Part shown: positions 27,967 to 41,919 of the stretch, piece by piece
Layout: every line of letters starts with the position of its first letter
How positions within the stretch are numbered: position 1 is the first letter of the stretch
Assembly (NCBI GenBank): GCA_951406725.2
Contig: OX597831.1
Location: 9,982,001 to 10,046,000, forward strand
Source of the DNA: Octopus vulgaris
Lineage: Eukaryota
Direction of reading: 5' to 3'
Length of the DNA: 64,000 nucleotides
The notes under the pieces: generated by a model
The model's input: only the letters and a program-made list of their open reading frames with translations
Told to the model about the DNA's origin: nothing
The model's database searches: none
Program-made: the position numbers and the translations under genes

Positions 27967-28741
27967 TGGATGTTTGGTTGTATGTGCATATTTTAGATAT
28001 TAACTATACATACTGCTAATAGCACACATCCTTAGCCTATTTCACATAAAAAGATGTAGATTGAGGCTAAAATGTCAGGGATGTCAATGTACTCTTTTTA
28101 TACTAACAGACTATCACGGAACATCTACAGGGCTGCTATTCTCTTCACAAATGGTATTCATATTACACTTAATCATACGCTGCTGAGCCTACGAACCAAA
28201 GACATGCAGGTAATTGTATTCTTTGGTATCTCCGCAAAATACCAGCATCGTAATAATGGCCTGAATCTCGTGTATTATGTCTGCTTACGCAGGGATTATG
28301 TTGGGAGTATATGAACAGTGGCAATACCAATTCGAGTAGCAAAAATCAAACTGTTAAATACTGTATTTATATGTATAATGAGGAGCAAATAATCAAGTAC
28401 TTTCTTTGCAAAACCAAATTGCAGATAGTATGGGTTACTTAAATATACATTATATAAATAGCTGTTACGTTGAGAAAATGTGCATCCCCTCTACAATAAT
28501 TGAAATAATGTATAATTCCAGCGGATGTATAATTTGGAGTGAAATATTTTCTACAGATAATAAGAAAAAATGCCAAAGCGCCTGATTCATTGAGCGTATT
28601 TATATAACACAAAGCATAGATGAAACCAATACATGTCACGGAGTTCGTTGTATATGTGAAATGTTACCGTGTTTCTCTTTAAGTTGAATTATCAGTATCT
28701 GCCTAATTCCTTCTCACAATCTCTCTATTTCTGTCTCTCTG

Positions 28742-28813
<72 letters not shown>

Positions 28814-28822
28814 ATGTATATA

Positions 28823-28901
<79 letters not shown>

Positions 28902-29339
28902 ACCCACTTATATGTATGTACATATGTATTTGTATATATAATATAAATATATGTGTGTATGTGTATGCATACGTGCATGCCTTTCTGTCCATGCGTGTAC
29001 GTGTGTATGCGTGTGCGCGTATGGGTGTATGTTAATGTATATGTATACAGTGGTGCCATTTGATTTAAGCACGCTAGTATAATAATGGGAAGAAATAATA
29101 TAATATATTATAATATGATATAATATGATATATATATATATATATATATAGCTGTAGCTGGATGGTTATTCTCTTTTTCAAAATAAACACATGTACTATA
29201 TATATTTTTTCTTGACATCAATTTCATTATTGTTACTATTTTGTAGTCCTGTGCCTGACATTTTTCGTCAAACATCATGTGACCACTTCAGATACTGTCA
29301 GAACAATACGAAAGCTGAAATGAAGAGCGAAGATATAGT

Positions 29340-29500
29340 CTGTCTTTCCGTTCTGAGGTCAAATTCCGCCGAGGTCGACTTTGGATTTCATCATTTGGGG
29401 TCGATAAATTCAGTACCAGTTGCGTACTATGGTTCATCTACCCGACTGGCTCCCTCCCCCAAAATTTCGAGCCTTGTGCCCAGAGAAGAAAGGAATACAA
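29340..29500 (+). mobile_element. 5'-truncated family A SINE with alternative tail
   Basis: gttctgag.tcaaattccgccgaggtcgacttt..ggggtcgataaa..cccccaaaatt..gccttgtgcc. Confidence 0.82.
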
Positions 29501-29774
29501 TATTTCACGTCAGGACTCTTATAAAGGAAATACATAAACGTTATGTATACATATAGGTTTGTGCATGTGCGTGTGTTTGCGCGCGCGCACGTGTGTGTGT
29601 ATGTTTATGTGTGTTTGTATAGACATATATTGCATACATGTATAGTATAGATGCGAAATCTAGAAAGCTTATCTATTTTTTATTTATTTGAAATCAGACA
29701 AATCGTTAAATTCTAAATGTAACTCCTTACATACAAACATAAAATCATGCAAATGTGCATGTACACACACACAC

Positions 29775-29824
<50 letters not shown>

Positions 29825-30343
29825 TTACATATGTACGTGTCCTTGTAAGTTTGTGTATAAGTAACAATATATCAATGCATTCTTCTGCAGCTTAAATAGA
29901 ATATAATTTTAGAATAGATTTTGTTTTGTTGACATTTGGCTGGGGACAGCTTGTATCGGGAAATGCTAAGATAATTGACATTAAAGAATTACTAGATAAA
30001 AGGTAGTACGAGAAAAAAATAATATATATTTTTAAAAAAAACCCACAAAGCAGCAAAAAAAAAAAGAAGATATAAACAAATATCAATCAATATATTTTGT
30101 TTCAAGCAGAAACAGGAGGTTTTATGTTGGTGATTTAAGCTATATATAAAGTACCGATACTAAGGATTAGGAAAATAAGAAGTAAAATGAAACAACGAAG
30201 AATATGCCATAAAATAAAATAATGAAACATTTAAAATGACAGATAAATGTATTGGAAATTTAAAAATATTTTTTATTAGTTTACCTTTCTCCGTGTTCAA
30301 AATAATTGCCAGTATTTATAGTGGTATATTGTAATACACAGAT

Positions 30344-30391
<48 letters not shown>

Positions 30392-30405
30392 GCATATATA
30401 TATAT

Positions 30406-30496
<91 letters not shown>

Positions 30497-30538
30497 TATA
30501 TATATATACAATTATTGTGTGGGTATGTCTATATACAA

Positions 30539-30615
<77 letters not shown>

Positions 30616-31979
30616 TTATAAGTATTCTTTAAGTGGAAAAGTATAATTTTTCTCCTTTTTTCTAACTTGTTTAAGATGAAAAAGCAAAAGACAGAATCTT
30701 TGGAATGAAACCAAACAAGGCAGAGATAAATTGAAACGAAAACAAATACAAGCAAAAACATTAAACAACAAAGCAGCAACATAAATAAAAACAAAAAACA
30801 AAGAAAGTGTAAAGAAATAAATAGATTCCTGAACCAAAACAGTTTTAAGAAAACAATAAAATACTAGTAATATAATGTGATTAATAGAACATTTTCTGAA
30901 GAATATATTACTTTATGAAGTTTTTTTCCTACATTTGAAAATGTCCTAATGCCTATTGTTCAAAAGATTTATGACATTCCAGGCATAACATAAATATAAA
31001 TATACAAAAGTTTGTGCAAATATTTTGGTTTATGAATTTCTGTAATAAACAACAACGGCCGAGATATCTTGTTATAAAAATGTATTTTATTTCTTTAATT
31101 CATTATTTGGTTTCAAAGTGAATAACGAAATGTCTCCAGCCTAAATATAAGCAATGAATCTGAAACATATAATACACGAGAACCAATGCTGAATAAACGT
31201 AGTGTTATCTTACTCTATATCAAGGATGGAAATGGCGTACATTGTACGCTAAAGGACAACTACTCGCCGAATCAGTATGAAATGGTATATTTAAGTTTAC
31301 TTGATACGATTTCATTGTGTTTCCATCATTTTATCATTTGATACAACTTTGAATTTTATTACGTTCAGTTTCATCCTCATATAAAATAGGAATTTTATAT
31401 CAAACCAAAACCGAATATGTGAAAGGAAGAAGCTAAGTTCGAACTCTGCTGCTTCAATTATCATTGAAATACTGAAATTAATTTAATCAAAGATTGTAGT
31501 ATATTGGCCGGTATATTCACAGAAATGCTAGCAAGTTGGCCGATGTTTATTATGCTGTGTTCCTGAGGTTCTTCGCCTTTAGAGTTTCAGTCTACGCACA
31601 ATTTTGATTTCCTTCGCTGATTCGTCGATCATATAGATTTCAAGACGGCGAGATGCCAGAATATGGAGCACGCCCCGCAAAATACCTAGCACCATTTCGT
31701 CCGTTTTTACGTTCTCTGTTAAAACACTGCCAATCTCGACGTTGCCTTGTATTATTGGGGGGTGACAAAATAAGTATTGTTCAAGCACTACGATTGATGT
31801 AATCGACTTACATTTACCCTAAAATGTCTGGTCCCATACCAAAATTTGAAATAACTATTAGTTTGAACATTACGTTGGTGAGCTGGCAAAATCGATAGCA
31901 CGCCGGGCAAAAAGTTTAGACATATTTCATTCGTCTTTACGTGCTGACCACCGAAGTCGACATTCATGCTTTCGCTGCT

Positions 31980-32530
31980 AAGAGTATAAAACAAGTTTAC
32001 GAGTGGTTTCCACACTTTAGCAATGGGCCCTTGTCGCCTGAAGACCAATCTCGTTCAGAACGACTGTCGACCGCTCGAACGAGTGAAAGCATCATAGGAA
32101 TTCATGGACTGATCTTGTAGGACCCTGACGAACTTGTTGATATGACTAGTGTGTTCTGGAGGTCTTGTCAACTTATTTTGTGCGTGGAATTGCGAATGAA
32201 AAGAGTTGCAGCCAGACCTGTGCCTCGCTTGCTGACGGAAGATCAAAAGTAGTCAGGACTGAATGCGTGTCGGGAAATAAAAGAACCTTTTGGAAGGTAA
32301 TTCGGATCGCTTTTCGAAGGTCATCACTGGTGACGAAATCCGATGCTACTGAATTTGCAGATGTGGAATAGGTGAAGAAGCGAACGTCGCAGACGGAAAA
32401 ACGCATAACTTCACAAGAACTCCAGCACTGATTTGAACAGTAGAAAACATTGCTTCAAATCGAGGGAACTTTCAGGGCGATAAAAGTGTAAAACTAAATG
32501 AACAAAATGTTATTACAAATTCCGGTTTCT
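31980..32530 (+). mobile_element. Internally deleted Tc1/mariner (mariner-type) transposon remnant
   Basis: QVYEWF..EDQSRSERLSTART..SCQLIL..MKRVAARPVPRLLTEDQK..FSKVITGDEIRCY joined directly to C-terminal FADVE*VKK..ITSQELQH*FEQ..NFQGD. Confidence 0.88.
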
Positions 32531-32597
32531 AGTGTGCATGTAGTGTACACACACACACTACATTTATATATATATATATATATGAAGACACACCACA

Positions 32598-32642
<45 letters not shown>

Positions 32643-32655
32643 TTATTTACTACCA

Positions 32656-32731
<76 letters not shown>

Positions 32732-32734
<3 letters not shown>

Positions 32735-33277
32735 ACATTAGAATTACAATGTTAATGCTGCATTCATCACAATTGTCCAGCGAAGTGGATCGTGAAACTC
32801 CGAGAAATAATTTTGCGACCATATTGCACCTTCAAAAAAACCCATCTTATCCTACTTTTGGTATTCAAGCGCTGTCTTATTCAGCCTTGGGTCGAGGTAA
32901 ATGATCGATCACCTCCACTGAACTTGCTGTCTTTATGCGAGAATTTGAAACGAATATTAGTTTTGGCATTCTTCATCATACTCATCACCAAAATTTAGTT
33001 CCGAGACAACATTAGAATTACAATGTTAATGTATTCATCACAATTCTCCAGCGAAGTGGATCGTGAAACTCCGAGAAATAATTTTGCGACCATATTGCAC
33101 CTTCAAAAAAACCATCTTATCCTACGTTTGGTATTCAAGCGGTGTCTTTTTCAGCCTTGGGTCGAGGTAAATGATCGATCACCTCCACTGAACTTGCTGT
33201 CTTTATGCGAGAATTTGAAACGAATATTAGTTTTGGCATTCTTCATCATACTCATCACCAAAATTTAGTTCCGAGAC
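32732..33277. repeat. Recent tandem duplication, about 274-bp unit x2
   Basis: acaacattagaattac..aaatttagttccgag starts at 32732 and again at 33006, with few differences. Confidence 0.95.
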
Positions 33278-33819
33278 GTAGGTATTGCCGAGGTACATAT
33301 ACTTTTGATTGTGCAGTCTCCTCCATGCGTTCTACCCGGACAAACAGGAAAAATTTATTTCAGCTGCAGCTGAGATAATTCAAGACGTTCATATGGTTTT
33401 GGATAAAGATCAGTCAAGTTGAAAGTTGTAGAGAAAAGGTGAGGAAATCACTTTTGAGAGATAATCTGAAGTTATACAGCAAACTTAACAAATGTTGTGG
33501 GGATGAACCTTAGTCAATGATCAGGAAAAACAGGCAATGAGTGAGGAAGAAATATAACGCGATAATAAGCAAATGTGTGATGGTTGATGATAGCAATAAA
33601 ATCAGAGTAGATCGAAAGAAATCACTGCAGCTGAACGTTACATCCATTTCAGGCATTACAATCTTAGGTAAACGTTATAAACGTAGAAGCCATCGCAATC
33701 CTTCGTTCAATGTTTATTTATGAATTACATGCTATAAGAAAACAGTCTGAGATAATTTCCAAAGACCGACAGATAAATATACTGTTTGGTGTTTAGATTG
33801 CTATATAAGAAAATATAAA

Positions 33820-34306
33820 TTTATGACTTGGCAACTGAGCCGTAAATTGCTTCGGCCGGCGGCGGCGCGGCGGACGGGAGACGAGAGGGCAGCGATGGGC
33901 AGCCCGGCTGCCGCTCTTTAGAGTCGTCCCGCGCCAGTGCGCGCGGTCGCCTTTCGAAACGGCTGCGACGAAATGCGTCCGGACTGCGATCAACGAACGA
34001 GTGCGATGACGGTGGTCGCCGGCGTCGGCCACAACGACGACGCGCCAAGGCGGCGATGCCCGGATGACGAGCGAGGAAAACGACGGGGCAGCGCACCGAG
34101 ACGAGGAGGAACAGGACGACAATGCTCGTCGCGGCGGCGATGCAGCGACACCCGGAGTTAAAGCCACGGTTCTGTCCGGGCAGGGACATACGGCAGCGCT
34201 CTCTTTCGGTGACGCAGCGTCGCCTGTGGCGAACCCGGAAGCGACGACTAGCCCGTCTGCCGCGCCGGCGGCGACGCGACACGAGGTCAGCGGCGTAACC
34301 TGACCT
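33820..34306. other. GC/CpG-rich insertion (about 65-70% GC) with 9-bp target-site duplication
   Basis: Abrupt composition shift; aaatataaa at 33811-33819 and 34307-34315. Confidence 0.8.
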
Positions 34307-34884
34307 AAATATAAACATTTCTTACAGCACCAAGAAGTACAGTATTAATGCGTATAAGTTGAAAAATGATAGAGTTTGACTATTTCATGCATGGACCAAA
34401 GGAAAAGGGACAAGGCTAGTAAACCCCAAATAAGTCTCATAATATATTTCCTATTTTATGAGATTAAGCAAATTGATTTGCATGTTCCTATTTGGATAAG
34501 ATCCAGTAGACGAGTCTGTGAAAATATTCTACGTCGCATTCGTATTGAAACAGCTTTGAAGTGGAACAACTACTACCGTCTTAAATTGCCGTGTGTGTAA
34601 TGCGATCCATGCTGCAGTAGATTTATGCAGTGGGGAGAGTAAATATCATGTCGGAATTGACAAGATATTGACACTCTTGTCCCTCGAAAAAGGAAAAGCA
34701 CGTTTCCATGATGTTGATTTTTCCGTTTCCATGATGTTGCAGCATCTGCATGCAATTATAGCACAAATCCAGGATCGATAACTTCAGCTCATCAGAGACG
34801 TTATCATTTATATTTCTGTCTTTCTTTTTTTTTTTGAAACATTAATGGTATCTACAGATTTGTTTCGATATTACATCATTATGA

Positions 34885-34906
34885 GCATCATCAAGTTCCG
34901 CATCAC

Positions 34907-34959
<53 letters not shown>

Positions 34960-34961
34960 CC

Positions 34962-35002
<41 letters not shown>

Positions 35003-35003
35003 T

Positions 35004-35038
<35 letters not shown>

Positions 35039-35076
35039 AATCATCATCATCTTCAGCATCATCAAGTTCATCATCG

Positions 35077-35108
<32 letters not shown>

Positions 35109-35120
35109 TTCAGCATCATC

Positions 35121-35169
<49 letters not shown>

Positions 35170-35174
35170 TTCAG

Positions 35175-35208
<34 letters not shown>

Positions 35209-35234
35209 GTCATCATCACCTTCATCTCCTTCAG

Positions 35235-35301
<67 letters not shown>

Positions 35302-35519
35302 TTCAGCATCATCAAGTTCATCATCGTCATCATCATCATCATCATCATCGTCATCACCATCATCACCATCATCATCATCATCATCATCATAATCATCATC
35401 ATCATCATCGTCATCATCATCGTCATCATCATCATCATCATCGTCATCACCATCATCACCATCATCATCATCATCATCATCGTCATCATCATCGTCATCA
35501 TCACCTTCATCTCCTTCAG

Positions 35520-35595
<76 letters not shown>

Positions 35596-35845
35596 GTCAT
35601 CATCACCATCATCATCATCGTCATCACCATCATAATCATCATCATCATCTTGAAGTTCATCATCCCCATCATCAGCGGTAGCAGCAACAGCAGCAGTATC
35701 ACCATGATTACCAACGTTATTACCATCATCGTTATCCCCGTCAACCCACACGCCTATCTTTCTCCTCTTCATCACCACCAACACAATCACCACCACCACC
35801 ACCACCATCCTCCTCCTCCTCATCATCATCATCATCATCATCACC
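34885..35845. repeat. Compound (CAT)n array with higher-order duplicated interruptions
   Basis: Recurrent variants cttcagcatcatcaagttcatcatcgtcat and caccttcatctccttcagcat. Confidence 0.96.
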
Positions 35846-35849
35846 AACG

Positions 35850-36110
35850 GTCTATTTTGCTTCCATGTCGGTTATAGTCACCAGACCGAAGTGTTTCGTA
35901 AGTATTACTACTCTGCTTTAGAATCCATTTGCTTCCATGCTTCCCTGTCACCCTCAGTTCCTCAGGCAATGTTCTCCAAGTACCCTCGGGTGCTTTTCTT
36001 TTGTTCTCCTTGGTTTCAATACAATGCTTGCCCCTCCAAATCGCATCTCTCCTTAATAAACACATTATTTACCAGTACCCGTTTATATTTATCCCTTCGC
36101 CAACCGATGG
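35850..36110 (-). mobile_element. Highly decayed RTE-like LINE 3' remnant
   Basis: CLLRRD..KRKAPEGTWRT..EEL resembles GHxLRR..KRKRGRPxxTWR; sits next to the (GAT)n tract. Confidence 0.4.
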
Positions 36111-37117
36111 CTTGACTCCGGTACAAGGTCTTAATTGCAACGGTCTCACGTTTACTATGATTGTTCAGGCGGCTGTTGGTGATTGCTTAAATTTTCTTCA
36201 GATATTTGGGATCATTTGCGATCTCCAACGAATGGTAGAAATAATTTAACGTCGATATTGTTTGTTCCAAGCTTTATAACACGGGACAGTAAATAGGAAC
36301 TGCAGACAGGTTTATTCACTTTTTTTAAGGTCTTGTTTTCAAGTCCGCTTCTTTTCCTTAACTACGGAAACACGCTCATTAGATACGATAAACGCTTTAC
36401 TTCAATCAATATGCAATCTATAAATATAAACCTTTAAAAAGTTCGAACAAACATAAATGATGTTTTACAGCTGTCTATTTCTGTTATGTAAATATGAAGT
36501 TAGTATTTCAATTCCAATGTTGCTGCATGCTTTCAGTTCCGCATTTTCTGTTTTGCAGCTCTATAAGTTGTTATGTCTACTTTAATGTGCTGCTGTCATG
36601 TGTTGAAAACTGAAAGTCAACAAGATCCTTTTTTCACGAATAGGAACACTTAACCTTCTTAAGAAAAAATAATCGGAAAATCTAACCGTTCAATTAAATT
36701 AAGAATTCATTGTAATAAATCCTTATAGTTTAACTACCTCTCTCTTGTATGAAATATATTTAGAAAAAATACTTTTCTGTTCACGCATATTAATGCCGCA
36801 TTTCTTTATTTAGAGGTATGTATGCGTACACAGGAAGGAATCGATAAAGTGATATACAAATTTGGCAATACAGCGGAGCTCATGTGTACAAGTAGAGTAA
36901 TACAACTAGAGTAGAGAAATATGGTAGGAATTCAGAAACTGTTTCTTAAACTGAGAATATCTTACGTAATTAAGTAGTAGCAAAAAGAACCAATTTATTT
37001 TATGTCAAATGATGATAGATCAGTTCAGTTAAAGCGTATACCATGATGATAACATGTTTGCTATGTTTTGTTGGGGAAAATATTATGTTATGTTTATGTA
37101 CGAAATGCATCTCTCAC

Positions 37118-37450
37118 GGCACATTGGATATTCTGGTTAAAAGTTTAAGAAATGTAACCGTAGCGCAGATTTTAGACAAATCCGACATAACCGTAGTTAG
37201 GACACAGTAATTATTAATTGTACACCACACATTTGCTGGCTTTAGCAGTAAATATAGCTTCATATGACCTACAAATGCATGATTACTATCTACAGCTGCT
37301 TTAATAGTTTCAATATCCTCGCAAAGCGTAGCCATAGCAGTGTAAAAGAAAAATTCATACTCACAAGCAGATTGCACTAGCAACAATTTCCAGAATTTAA
37401 CACAATCTTTTGTTGCATTTATTTCATAGCGAGCCAAACACATTCGATAT
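37118..37450 (-). CDS. Candidate internal coding exon, Cys-containing, unknown protein
   Basis: ttgtcttcAG| 333 nt open, phase 2-2 |GTgaga; YRMCLARYEINATKDCVKFW..SAC..TLCED..WCTINNYC..KIC; non-repetitive 110-codon frame in AT-rich DNA. Confidence 0.45.
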
Positions 37451-38675
37451 CTGAAGACAATTATTGCATTATTTTAGTTGTAAAAGAAGATATGTTTATC
37501 TCTATTTACGTTTTATAAGCAGTAAATATACGTCTTATAAGTTGAACAGTCTGAAGTACAAGGCTTTGTGAAAGGCCATATTCAATATTGTGTGGGTTGA
37601 ACCAAATAACAGTACATCGTTAATGTGCGGAGAGAAAACATAAAGCGTTGAATCAGTAAGAAGACACATCCTGCAATTGTCAATTAACATGTAATATAGT
37701 GCAGTATATGGATTTATAATTTGAAATGAGCTACTTTGTGATGTACTATAAGAACATATATCGATAATTTGGCAAAAAAATATTAAATCAAACAGGCATA
37801 ATACTCTAAACTCGATTGGCGTGTAGGTCAAAGCAGACGCAAGGAGGAGAATATTGCAAATCCTTTTTTTTTCTATTTTTTATTTTATTTTTGGTATTGT
37901 AGAAACATGTTGAGTACTGCTTGTAGGATTCATGCAAGAAGATGACATAAAATTGAAAACTTGAAAGCAGAAAGCAATGTGAAATATATAAAGGAGCGAT
38001 TATATGATAGGAGTTATGAAAGAAAGATATGGGAATGCAAAAATGGTTTCATAAGAATAATCAGAAAGAAAGATAAAAAGGTGGACGGATAAAAGAAGAA
38101 GGATTTTAAGAATATAAAAGAGAAAACCTGATTCAGTGATAACCTCAGATCTCTTCTACTATTTCCCCTAAATGAGAAATAGATGTAGAATATCAGCAAT
38201 AGATATACACAAAGCTATAAGGAAAAGCTGATCCATATGTTGACCAATTCCATTCATCATTCGTTGCTTCTGCATCTTTTCATGTTCCTACCATTGTTTG
38301 GGCATGATTCATTATTCCAGATAAATTTTCCCAACAGATGAATGAACGGTTCGTAATGTGTGTATCACCGAAAGCTACTCTCACACGTCTGTGTGTGTGT
38401 GTGTGTGTGCGCAGTAGCGCTCCCATGCGTCATATACGCCGATGTGTTTCCGAATACATTTGTGGTTGCGTGATTGCAATTTATGGTTCCGAACATCTTT
38501 GTGCAAGTGAGGGTGGGTGGAGGATTACATGACCAATTATCAATCCATATATTTTCTATTCATTGCTCGGGTTAGGAGTCATTTTCTGTTAACTATTCAT
38601 CAATAGAAGTGATTACTGTATCCTTGACAATTCCTTTCACTATTATTTCTACATTATTGGCTGTATAATCACACG

Positions 38676-39162
<487 letters not shown>

Positions 39163-39561
39163 AAAATTTATGTTATTATAATGAAAATAGTTATTCTGGA
39201 TATTATGTTCCTACATACTACACACGGCAATATTTGTGGTTGGATTCGGTGGCAGGGTTATGGATTCCGGTTTGCTTTGTGGTGAGCATACGTAAATGCC
39301 TAGCGAAGTATTACAAACAACTCTATCTGCCGCTGTAGCAAGACCCGCCAAAAGTGTACCGTTAATACAACTGCTGCTAATAACCGTTTGAGGCATAAGC
39401 GCAAGATATGATATTTTGTTGGAGGAATATAATAGATATCGTGATCTCAGTACTTGGTATGCACCAAGAGAGGATGAACATTAAAGTAGACATCAGTAGA
39501 TTTCACTTCTGATCGTGAAATATTTGTTCTGACATTAAGGTGAGACAACACCTTTAGCAAA

Positions 39562-39939
39562 TGGAGGCGCAATGGCCCAGTGGTTAGGGCAGCCGACTCG
39601 CGGTCGGAGGATTGCGGTTTTGATTCCCAGACCGAGCGTTGTGTGTGTTTATTGAGCGAAAACACCTAAAGCTCCACGAGGCTCCAGCGGGGGTTGGTGG
39701 CGACGCCTGTTGTACTCTTTCGCTCCAACTTTCTCTCACTCGTTCTTCCTGTTTCTTGTCCCCAACTTCCTACGCAACCGCTGAGCCTGGATGCGCATTC
39801 ATCCATCCGTCGATGCTCTCGGTATCGGGGGTTGACCTGCTTTCTCTTCTGCGGGTCTTACGAATAGCAAAGGACCACGTTTCGGACTTCTCCCATCTTG
39901 CGAGCTCTGGGACGAAGACCGTTCGCTCAACAGCAACAG
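39562..39939 (+). mobile_element. tRNA(Arg)-like-headed SINE, family C, tail type 2, with 16-bp TSD
   Basis: Head tggaggcgcaatggcccagtggttagggcagc; TSD caacacctt(t/c)agcaaa at 39546-39561 and 39940-39955. Confidence 0.93.
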
Positions 39940-40416
39940 CAACACCTTCAGCAAACGCTACTATTAATTGCTAAGGATTAAGGGTCATGAGCAGAAAGTT
40001 TGAGTGAAGGATGCTACTCCATACAATAAGCCTTAACACTAAGCTAAGATTTTATTTTATCAATCTCTAGAAAAGCGAAAGGTAAAATCGACTTCGACTG
40101 GAATTGAACACAGAACGTAGTTAGCCGGAACAAATTATGATTTGGCGCTTCAGTGATTCTACCAGACTGCCGAAATAAAATATTAAAAAAAAACAGAAAA
40201 CAGCTACTGATGTCTAAAACACCATACGCCATACTTCCTTCGGGTCAAAGGCTAAATTGTCAATCAAATGGATCTTAATAATCTGTGGAGGGCATTTCAC
40301 TCTATAGTCACTATGCCCATTAGTTTCGAGGCTTAATGATTATAATTTCATGCATACATATACACACGTCTATTTAAATATATATACAACGGACAGACTA
40401 GTTGTATCGCTTATGG

Positions 40417-40828
40417 TTTACTTGTTTCGGTTATTTGACTGAGGGCATGCCGTAGCGCCGCCTTGAATAATCTTAGTCCAACCAATCAAAGCGAGTATTT
40501 ACATTTGCTTACGCCTGGACGTCTCTCTATCGTTTTTCGTAGCCATCCTGTTACTAACAGGGAAGTAAACACGCCAACGCCGGGTTTTTAAGCAGTGGTT
40601 GGGAATAAACACGAACACAACGTCACACACAGATATTATCTATCTATCTATCTATCTATTTATAGCATGTTTCTTTAAATTTCCATCAGCCGAATATATG
40701 CACAAGGCCCTGGTTGACCTGAAGTTATAGAGGAAGAGTCTTGTCCAATGTGTTACGTAATGGAACGGAACCCAAATCCATGTAACTGCCGGAGAAAACT
40801 ACTTAACTCACAGCCAAGCCCGTGTCTA
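40417..40828 (-). mobile_element. Old full-length family B SINE
   Basis: tttacttgtttc.g.tatttgactg.gg.catgc..agcgccgcctt at one end and cacagcca..cc.g.gtcta at the other. Confidence 0.8.
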
Positions 40829-40832
40829 CTAT

Positions 40833-40882
<50 letters not shown>

Positions 40883-41104
40883 TATACGTATATATATATG
40901 TATATATATATACATATATATACATATATATATATACATATATATGCATATATATATATATATATGTATATACATATATATATATATGTGTGTGTATATA
41001 TATATATACATAGATATACACATGCATATATATATATGTATACATATATATACACATATATATATGCATATATTTGCCTGTTATGTATATATACATACCT
41101 ATCC

Positions 41105-41176
<72 letters not shown>

Positions 41177-41788
41177 GGGGATATAGAAGGAGAGTCAAAA
41201 TGTATTTTATTTTATTAGATTTCTAACAGTAAGTTCATATTCTAAGGACAGATCCCAGTTCGAAATGTGTTTTTTTTAAATATACGTTAAACCTCGGATA
41301 GCGGCAGGTCGTCGCCACTGATTTTGTGAGTGGATTGTGTCAGTTTGGTGATTGCACAGATTTTAAATTACAACCTGGAGGTTAAGAACTTTGGTGTCCT
41401 TGCTCACAAAGAATGAAACTGAAGACAGGCTTCAAGGAGACAAAGGACTAAACAGAGAAGTCTTTTTATTCCATTAGATTTATAACAGAAAAATAGGACA
41501 GAATCGAGAATACAGCTTCCGTAAATCAATAAAATAAATGAAACATTTATAAAGAGATCAGCAGAATAAATTAATATCTATGTGTGTGTGTGTGTGAATG
41601 TATATATACATATATATATATATATTTCACACACACGCATATGTATATATATGTTAGAATGGAATAATTACTATGAATCATTGTGTAGAATAAATAAAAG
41701 ATCGTGGGTAAGGCCAAAACAATTCGAAGTAAATGCAAGGTAAATCACATGAAAACAATTAAGTGCATTAATCTAGACATACCTTGCA

Positions 41789-41824
41789 TTCAATATTTCG
41801 GGGTTATCACCCCATTTTCAAGAA
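41789..41824 (-). ncRNA. Minimal hammerhead ribozyme, U3-A8 core variant
   Basis: UUC-UUGAAAA-U-GGGG ugauaa CCCC-GAAA-UA-U-U-GAA. Confidence 0.65.
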
Positions 41825-41883
41825 ATTAACGAATGTACTTGTGTGTGAGCTCACATTCACGCACATCGTCAACATTCGGTAAT

Positions 41884-41919
41884 TTCTTGAAAATGGGCTC
41901 ATAACCCCGAAATATTGAA
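41884..41919 (+). ncRNA. Minimal hammerhead ribozyme, U3-A8 core variant (second arm)
   Basis: UUC-UUGAAAA-U-GGG cucauaac CCC-GAAA-UA-U-U-GAA. Confidence 0.6.

Noticed and set aside
33793-34318. Arg/Ala-rich ORFs in the GC island
   Set aside because: Several overlapping open frames are expected at this GC content; no recognisable domain
39562-39640. tRNA-Arg gene-like sequence (also 9045-9116 and 57328-57405)
   Set aside because: No proper acceptor stem or terminator; continuous with the SINE body and enclosed by TSDs
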